Assembly: GCA_020724865.1 (NCBI GenBank)
Contig: DYGA01000003.1
Coordinates: forward strand, 63,901-127,900
From: Candidatus Paceibacter sp.
GTDB lineage: Bacteria; Patescibacteriota; Patescibacteriia; S139-126
DNA length: 64,000 nt
Reading direction: 5' to 3'
The notes beneath the pieces are model-generated. The model was not told the origin of the DNA. It saw nothing but the letters and a program-made list of their open reading frames with translations, and did no database searches. Of the stretch, positions 58,340 to 64,000 are shown in pieces. Within the stretch, counting starts at the first letter, position 1. Every line of letters begins with the position of its first letter. Made by a program: the position numbers and the translations under genes.

Positions 58340-60043
58340 ATGTCTAACCCCAAAAACAATACGGCAAAATTAAGTGCAAAACAAAAGCTTTGGTTAAAAG
58401 CAATTTTTATTATTGTTTTGTTTTTATTTTTTGGTGGGATAGTTTATCCAGTGTTACCTGCCGGCGTACCTGGTAAAACTTGGTTTGATTCGTTTCAACC
58501 AAAATTAGGTCTTGATTTGCAAGGCGGAGCGCATCTGGTTTTTGAAGCAGACACTTCACAGATAAAAGATAGTGACAAAGCTTCAGCTGTTGAAGGTGTG
58601 CGCGATGTGATCGAGCGTAGAGTCAATACATTTGGTATAGCTGAACCTTTAATCCAAACCAATAAAGAAGGAGATAATTATCGCGTTATTGTTGAGCTAG
58701 CTGGTGTATTTGATATTAGTGAAGCCATAAAACAAATAGGAGAAACACCTTTACTTGAATTTAAAGAACAAAATCCCAATTTTACTGGTGAAATAAAATT
58801 AACCCCTGAACAGCAACAAGTATTAGACCAGTTAAATAATCAAGCCAAAGAAAAAGCCTGGGAGATTTTAAATAAAATAAAGGCAGGAGAAGATTTTGCC
58901 CAATTGGCAAAAGAAAATTCCCAAGATCCAGGAAGTAAAGATCAGGGCGGTAATATTAGTTTTGTTAAAAGAGGCGTTTTAGTTCCGGAATATGAACAAG
59001 TTATTTTTGATCAATTAGCAGATGGTGAAATTGCTCCTACTCCCATAGAAACACAATTTGGTTATCATATTATTCAAAAATTGTCGGAGAAAGGTTTTGG
59101 TGATGCTAGAGAAGTTGAATCTCGACATATTTTAATTGCTAAAGTATCTCCTCAAGATTTATTTGCTTCAGAGGATCAATGGATAAATACAGAACTGTCT
59201 GGAAAACATTTAGATCGTGCTCAGTTAGTTTTTAATCAAAATACCAACGCTCCTGAAGTTAGTTTGACTTTCAATGAAGAAGGTAAAAGATTGTTTGCCG
59301 AAATAACCAAAAAAAATCTAAATAAGCCAGTGGCGATATTTTTGGACGGTCAGCCTATATCAATACCTACTGTGCAGAATGAAATTACTGAAGGACAAGC
59401 TATAATCAGTGGCGATTTTACAATTTCAGAAGCAAAACTATTAGCTCAACGGCTAAATGCTGGCGCTTTACCGGTACCAATTAAATTAGTAACTCAGCAA
59501 ACAGTTGGCCCATCTTTAGGATCTAAAAGTATACAACAAAGTATTTTTGCTGGTATTATCGGTATTGTTGCTGTAGTTTTGTTTATGATTTTATACTATC
59601 GCTTGTTGGGATTATTTGCGGCCCTATCTTTAGGTATGTATGGAATCATAGTGTTTGGATTATTCCAATTTATTCCAGTCACTTTAACTTTAGCTGGTAT
59701 CGCTGGATTTATTTTGTCACTTGGTATGGCGGTTGATGCCAATGTTTTAATTTTTGAAAGGGTTAAAGAAGAATTAAAAAAAGGCGAACCTCTTGATCTC
59801 GCCTTGACCGATGGTTTTAAACGAGCATGGCCATCGATCAGAGATTCAAATTTATCTACTTTGATTACCACCGCAATTTTATTTTGGTTTGGTACTTCAA
59901 TTATTAAAGGTTTTGCTTTAACCCTGAGTATTGGTGTAATAGTCAGTATGTTTAGCGCAATATTTATTACCAAAACATTGCTAGAAATTTTTATGGTCAA
60001 AAAGCTAGAAAAATACAAATGGTTGTTTGGATATTTTAAATAA
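58340..60043 (+). CDS. secD: Protein translocase subunit SecD with a circularly permuted parvulin PPIase domain inserted in the periplasmic P1 region
   Basis: SecD motifs LGLDLQGGAHLVFEAD and RRVNTFGIAEPLIQ, the P1 base ...AIFLDGQPISIPTV...AGALPVPI, and a C-terminal 6-TM bundle. Residues ~145-275 carry a parvulin signature (DFAQLAKENSQDPGSKDQGGNISF...TQFGYHIIQK...SRHILIAKV). Confidence 0.85.
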   Translation: MSNPKNNTAKLSAKQKLWLKAIFIIVLFLFFGGIVYPVLPAGVPGKTWFDSFQPKLGLDLQGGAHLVFEADTSQIKDSDKASAVEGVRDVIERRVNTFGIAEPLIQTNKEGDNYRVIVELAGVFDISEAIKQIGETPLLEFKEQNPNFTGEIKLTPEQQQVLDQLNNQAKEKAWEILNKIKAGEDFAQLAKENSQDPGSKDQGGNISFVKRGVLVPEYEQVIFDQLADGEIAPTPIETQFGYHIIQKLSEKGFGDAREVESRHILIAKVSPQDLFASEDQWINTELSGKHLDRAQLVFNQNTNAPEVSLTFNEEGKRLFAEITKKNLNKPVAIFLDGQPISIPTVQNEITEGQAIISGDFTISEAKLLAQRLNAGALPVPIKLVTQQTVGPSLGSKSIQQSIFAGIIGIVAVVLFMILYYRLLGLFAALSLGMYGIIVFGLFQFIPVTLTLAGIAGFILSLGMAVDANVLIFERVKEELKKGEPLDLALTDGFKRAWPSIRDSNLSTLITTAILFWFGTSIIKGFALTLSIGVIVSMFSAIFITKTLLEIFMVKKLEKYKWLFGYFK

Positions 60044-60962
60044 ATTTATGCATTTTCCATTTATTAAAAAAAGAAAATATTGGTATATACTGTCTGGATT
60101 ATTAACTGTAATTTCTTTGTTTTCCATATTAGTTTGGGGATTTAAACCAGGAATTGATTTTACGGGCGGTTCGTTATTGGAAATACAATTTACCGCACAA
60201 GCACCCAGAGTTGAAGAATTAAATGATCAAGTTAAAGAATTAAATATAGGAAATTTTAGTATTCAACCTTCAGAAAATAATACTTATATTTTTAGACAAA
60301 AAGATTTTTCAGAAGATGAACACCAGCAGTTGATAAATAAAATTACCGAATATTATCAAAATAAATATCAAGGTGAAGTAATTCAATTACGTTTTGAATC
60401 CATCGGACCAAGTATTGGTTTGGAATTAAGAAATAAAGCTCTTACCACTACAATAATAACTTTGCTTTTCATTATCTTGTTTATCGCTTATGCATTTAGA
60501 AAAGTATCGCAACCAGTAGCATCGTGGAAGTATGGTTTAGCCGCATTAGTTGCTTTATTTCATGACATAATTATTTTACTAGGTGTTTTTTCGATATTAG
60601 GTAAATTTTTGGGTTATGAGATAAACATATTATTTTTAACCGCATTACTCACAACTTTGGGATATTCTGTTAACGACACAATAGTAGTTTTTGATCGTAT
60701 TCGTGAAAATATTTATACTCGACATGAAAATTTTCCTGATGCTGTTGAAGATTCTATGAATCAAACTTTTGCTCGTTCGATTAATACCTCATTCACCACT
60801 TTGTTAGTTTTATTTGCGGTTTATTTTTTTGGCGGAGACACAATTAAAGAGTTTGTTTTGGCGCTGATCGTTGGTATCACCATTGGGACATATTCATCAA
60901 TTTTTATAGCCTCACCAATTTTAGTTGATTGGTATAAGTTCTCACAAAAAAGAAAAAATTAA
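60027..60962 (+). CDS. secF: Protein translocase subunit SecF
   Basis: GIDFTGGS motif, a C-terminal 6-TM bundle with the LHDIIILLGVFS region. Overlaps secD by 17 nt. Confidence 0.85.
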   Translation: MDILNKFMHFPFIKKRKYWYILSGLLTVISLFSILVWGFKPGIDFTGGSLLEIQFTAQAPRVEELNDQVKELNIGNFSIQPSENNTYIFRQKDFSEDEHQQLINKITEYYQNKYQGEVIQLRFESIGPSIGLELRNKALTTTIITLLFIILFIAYAFRKVSQPVASWKYGLAALVALFHDIIILLGVFSILGKFLGYEINILFLTALLTTLGYSVNDTIVVFDRIRENIYTRHENFPDAVEDSMNQTFARSINTSFTTLLVLFAVYFFGGDTIKEFVLALIVGITIGTYSSIFIASPILVDWYKFSQKRKN

Positions 60963-60973
60963 TTTAATTTAAT

Positions 60974-61435
60974 ATGCCTGATAAAATATTAACCGAAGAC
61001 GGACATAAAAAAATTATTGAAGAATTAGAATATTTAAAAAAGGTCAGAATTCCCGAACTTGCCAAAAGAATAGCTGAAGCAAAAGAATTAGGAGACTTAT
61101 CTGAAAATGCTGAATATCAAGAGGCCAAAGATGAACAAGGTTTAGTAGCTAAAAGAATTAATGAACTGGAAGAATTATTACGAATTGCCACTGTAACAGA
61201 TACTAATACCGTAAATAAAACCGAAGTCGAAATGGGGAATACTATAGTTGTCAGTCATGATAATAAAAAAATTGAATTTAAAATTGTTAGTTCCAATGAG
61301 GTGAATCCTGCTGAAGGCAAAATATCAAATGAATCACCTTTAGGACAGTCGTTTTTAGGCAAAAAGAAAGGCGATATAGTTGAGGTGGATATTCCTAAAG
61401 GGAAAATTGTTTATAAGATTCTTGATATTAAATAA
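60974..61435 (+). CDS. greA: Transcription elongation factor GreA
   Basis: N-terminal coiled-coil LTEDGHKKIIEELEYLKKV...AKELGDLSENAEYQEAKDEQ and a C-terminal FKBP-like domain. Confidence 0.9.
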   Translation: MPDKILTEDGHKKIIEELEYLKKVRIPELAKRIAEAKELGDLSENAEYQEAKDEQGLVAKRINELEELLRIATVTDTNTVNKTEVEMGNTIVVSHDNKKIEFKIVSSNEVNPAEGKISNESPLGQSFLGKKKGDIVEVDIPKGKIVYKILDIK

Positions 61436-61482
61436 TTTTTCTTATTCTAATTAACTTGCATTATAATAATAAACTTTTATAA

Positions 61483-63615
61483 TTGATGTATAAATCAATT
61501 ATGTTGCTTATGAATACAGAAAGTAATTTAAACGAAGAATTTAAGAATCGACTAGAAAAATTGAACGGTTTTAAAAAAGCTGGTTTTAATCCTTACCCAG
61601 AAAGATTTGAAAAAAAACACGAAATTCAAGAGCTACTTGAGTATGCAGAAAATAATCAAATTTTTTCAGCCACGGAAATAAATCGAGAAACCAATGAATT
61701 TGTAACTGCGGGCAGAATTATGACTTTGCGTGAACATGGCAAAATTACTTTTGCCAATCTCCAAGACTTTACAGGCAAAATACAAATATCTTTTTCTCAA
61801 AATATTTTAGGAAGTGATTTGTATTCACTAATTAAATTTTTTGATTTGGGTGATTTTATCGGAGTGACGGGAAAAATTTTTAAAACTAACAAGGGCGAAA
61901 TAACTTTAATGGTTTATGATTTTAGTTTTTTAGGCAAAGCATTTCGTCAGTTACCAGAAAAATTTCATGGTCTTAAAGATAGAGAAATTTTGTACCGACA
62001 AAGATATTTAGATCTTTTAGTCAACCCAGATACTAAGGAAAGATTTATCCAAAGGTCAAATATAATTAATTTTTTACGAAATTATTTATTGAAAAATAAG
62101 TTTTTTGAAGTAGAAACACCTATTTTAACTCCTACAGCTTCCGGTGCTTTAGCCAAACCATTTATAACTCACCATAACGCTTTGGATACTGATTTTTATT
62201 TAAGAATCGCCCCAGAAACATATTTAAAAAGACTGATTGTTGGTGGTTATGAAAAAGTTTTTGAATTTGCCAAATGTTTTCGTAACGAAGGGATAGACCC
62301 ATCACATCTCCAAGAGTTTACAATGCTTGAATATTATGTTGCTTATTGGAATTGGGAAGATAATAAAAATTTTACTGAAAAGTTGGTGTCCGACTTGGTT
62401 TTTTATATTTTTGGAAAATATAAAATCAATTTATTTGGTAAAGAGTTAGATTTTACTCCGCCATTTACCGTTATATCTATGCGCGATGTTATTTGGGAAA
62501 ATTCAAAAATAGATATAGACGATGTTAAAGATAAAGCAGATTTACTATTAAAAATCAAACAAGCCGGTATTAATTTAGAAAATACAGAAAAATTAGGTTT
62601 GGGTAATTTAATCGATTCTCTGTATAAAAAAGTTGCTCGAGATAAAATTATAAAACCAACATTTTTAATCAATCATCCCATTAGTCTTTCTCCTTTAGCC
62701 CGTGCTAATGATTTTAATAAAAATATTGCCGACAGGTTTCAATTAATTGTTAATGGTTGGGAGATAGTAAATGCTTATTCTGAGTTAGTAGATCCACTGG
62801 AACAGAAACAAAGGTTAATTGAGCAAAACGAACTAAAAAATAAAGGCGATGAAGAAGCTATGATGATGGATGATGATTATATCAAGGCTATGGAATACGG
62901 CATGCCACCTATATCAGGGTGGGGGATGGGTATTGATAGGATTTGTACTTTATTTAGTGAACAAGAAAATTTAAAAGATGTAGTTTTATTTCCATTACTT
63001 AAAAATAAAAATGATTTGCCTACAAATGTATTAAATGAACAAATATCTGATCCGGGTATAAGTTATGAAGAGGCAGTGAAGTTATTGAACAAATATATAC
63101 CGCCAACCGATCCTTTATATAAACATTCTTTAGCCGTTGAATTTATAATGCGTTCATTAGCTGACAAATTAAAACAAAATCAAACAGTTTGGGGTATTGC
63201 CGGTTTATTACATGATTTAGATTATTTAGAAACAAAAGAACAACCGCATTTACATGGCATAAAATCAGAAAAAATCCTTCAAGATCACGGTTTACATCCA
63301 GAAATAATTTATGCCATTAAAGCTCATAATTATTTACATGAATTATCTTTACATACTCTACTAGCAAAAGCCCTATATTCCGTTGAAGAATTAGCTGGTT
63401 TAATTACAGCTTGTGCATTAGTACAACCTGACAAATCTTTATCATCTGTAACCCTAGATTCGTTGTTAAAAAAATTTAAACAAAAGTCATTTGCTTCTGG
63501 CGTCAACAGGTCAATTATTCTAAAATCAGAAGAATATTTAAATATGAGTTTAAAGGAAGTTATGTCAATAGCCTTGCAAGCTATGCAAAATAACAGTAAA
63601 AAATTGGGTTTATAG
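61483..63615 (+). CDS. lysS: Lysyl-tRNA synthetase (class II) fused to a C-terminal YqeK-like HD phosphohydrolase domain
   Basis: LysRS motifs: the anticodon-binding OB domain, FRNEG (motif 2 region) and GMGIDRICTLF (motif 3). A ~190-aa extension carries HD signatures H-SLAVEF, GLLHDLDY, HLHG, KAHNY. The likely true start is at 61501 or 61510 (TATAAA box 7 nt upstream); the track start at 61483 is probably too early. Confidence 0.85.
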   Translation: MMYKSIMLLMNTESNLNEEFKNRLEKLNGFKKAGFNPYPERFEKKHEIQELLEYAENNQIFSATEINRETNEFVTAGRIMTLREHGKITFANLQDFTGKIQISFSQNILGSDLYSLIKFFDLGDFIGVTGKIFKTNKGEITLMVYDFSFLGKAFRQLPEKFHGLKDREILYRQRYLDLLVNPDTKERFIQRSNIINFLRNYLLKNKFFEVETPILTPTASGALAKPFITHHNALDTDFYLRIAPETYLKRLIVGGYEKVFEFAKCFRNEGIDPSHLQEFTMLEYYVAYWNWEDNKNFTEKLVSDLVFYIFGKYKINLFGKELDFTPPFTVISMRDVIWENSKIDIDDVKDKADLLLKIKQAGINLENTEKLGLGNLIDSLYKKVARDKIIKPTFLINHPISLSPLARANDFNKNIADRFQLIVNGWEIVNAYSELVDPLEQKQRLIEQNELKNKGDEEAMMMDDDYIKAMEYGMPPISGWGMGIDRICTLFSEQENLKDVVLFPLLKNKNDLPTNVLNEQISDPGISYEEAVKLLNKYIPPTDPLYKHSLAVEFIMRSLADKLKQNQTVWGIAGLLHDLDYLETKEQPHLHGIKSEKILQDHGLHPEIIYAIKAHNYLHELSLHTLLAKALYSVEELAGLITACALVQPDKSLSSVTLDSLLKKFKQKSFASGVNRSIILKSEEYLNMSLKEVMSIALQAMQNNSKKLGL

Positions 63616-63617
63616 TT

Positions 63618-64000
63618 ATGAAAAAGTTACTTATAGCTACTCATAATTTAGGCAAAATTTCAGATTATACCGAAATTTTTAGAAATCATCCTTTTGACTT
63701 ACTAACTTTAAAAGATTTGAATATTACTCAACAAGCAGAAGAATTTGGCGAAAATTTTGAAGAAAATTCATTATACAAAGCCAAATTTTACGGTAACTTA
63801 TCTGGTTTTTTAACATTAGCTGATGATGGGGGACTAGAAATTCCAATATTAGATAATTATCCCGGGGTTAAAACTAGACGTTGGGAATCAGATAAACCTC
63901 TGACTGATGAGCAGTTAGTTGAAAAAATTTTGAAAAAATTAGAAAAATATAATAGCAAAGATAGAAGGGCTATATTAAGAACAGTTATTACAATTTATAA
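63618..64000 (+). CDS. rdgB: dITP/XTP pyrophosphatase (RdgB/Ham1 family), N-terminal part; the 3' end lies outside the window
   Basis: MKKLLIATHNLGKISDY matches the RdgB N-terminus (ATGNxGK). Confidence 0.65.
   Translation, partial: MKKLLIATHNLGKISDYTEIFRNHPFDLLTLKDLNITQQAEEFGENFEENSLYKAKFYGNLSGFLTLADDGGLEIPILDNYPGVKTRRWESDKPLTDEQLVEKILKKLEKYNSKDRRAILRTVITIY

Noticed and set aside
1-64000. Scan for CRISPR arrays, rRNA genes, transposases, integrases and phage structural genes.
   Set aside because: No direct-repeat/spacer arrays, no 16S/23S/5S-like conserved blocks, and no DDE/tyrosine-recombinase signatures were seen. The only mobile-element-like signal is the SD-bearing islet, which is reported as a finding, not as a defined mobile element.

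Overview
Low-GC (~30%), densely packed, mostly co-directional window that looks like a Candidate Phyla Radiation (Patescibacteria)-type genome; that taxonomic call is inference from composition and gene content. In coordinate order it contains: the C-terminal end of an FtsB/DivIC-like gene; a membrane-anchored PpiC/parvulin foldase; two minus-strand tRNAs (Thr-CGU, Gly-CCC); an RlpA-like gene directly upstream of ftsE-ftsX; a GT2 glycosyltransferase and a short, apparently frameshifted patatin-like gene; tRNA-Gln(UUG); and an alpha/beta hydrolase, DedA and a GT4. A ~2.2 kb compositionally distinct islet (8.8-10.9 kb) carries unknown genes that have strong AGGAGG Shine-Dalgarno sites, unlike the rest of the window, plus a 44-aa Cys-rich peptide. 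A large surface-glycan locus (14.2-29.3 kb) follows, with UXS-like and GalE-like SDR enzymes, four or five glycosyltransferases, a Wzx-type flippase, a 742-aa polytopic membrane protein, a complete dTDP-rhamnose pathway (rmlC, rmlB, rmlD, rmlA) interleaved with HIT and NUDIX hydrolases. Next come murA, an S41 C-terminal protease, rplI, pyrG, rpmA and a NifU-like gene. A minus-strand type IV pilus/type II secretion-like operon (36.0-46.3 kb) comprises pilB, pilC, a 940-aa prepilin-leader protein with a LamG-like lectin domain and beta-propeller-like repeats, two further pilin-like genes, pilM, pilN and pilO. A partial dcw cluster (mraY, murD, ftsW, murG, murC, a truncated MurB-like ORF) is followed by hpf, secA, a minimal nucleotidyltransferase plus DUF1653-like pair, an L,D-transpeptidase with Asp-rich Ca-binding repeats, secD, secF, greA, lysS and the start of rdgB. 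Main hunt results: the parvulin domain is circularly permuted in the stand-alone foldase, and the same permuted domain is inserted in place of the SecD P1 head; LysRS carries a C-terminal YqeK-like HD phosphohydrolase domain. Other findings are the SD-bearing islet with its Cys-rich peptide, widespread TATAAT boxes 6-10 nt from start codons (suggesting leaderless mRNAs), a frameshifted patatin gene, several perfect palindromes at divergent promoters, and HIT/NUDIX genes embedded in the rml operon. No rRNA, CRISPR array, transposase or integrase was recognised.
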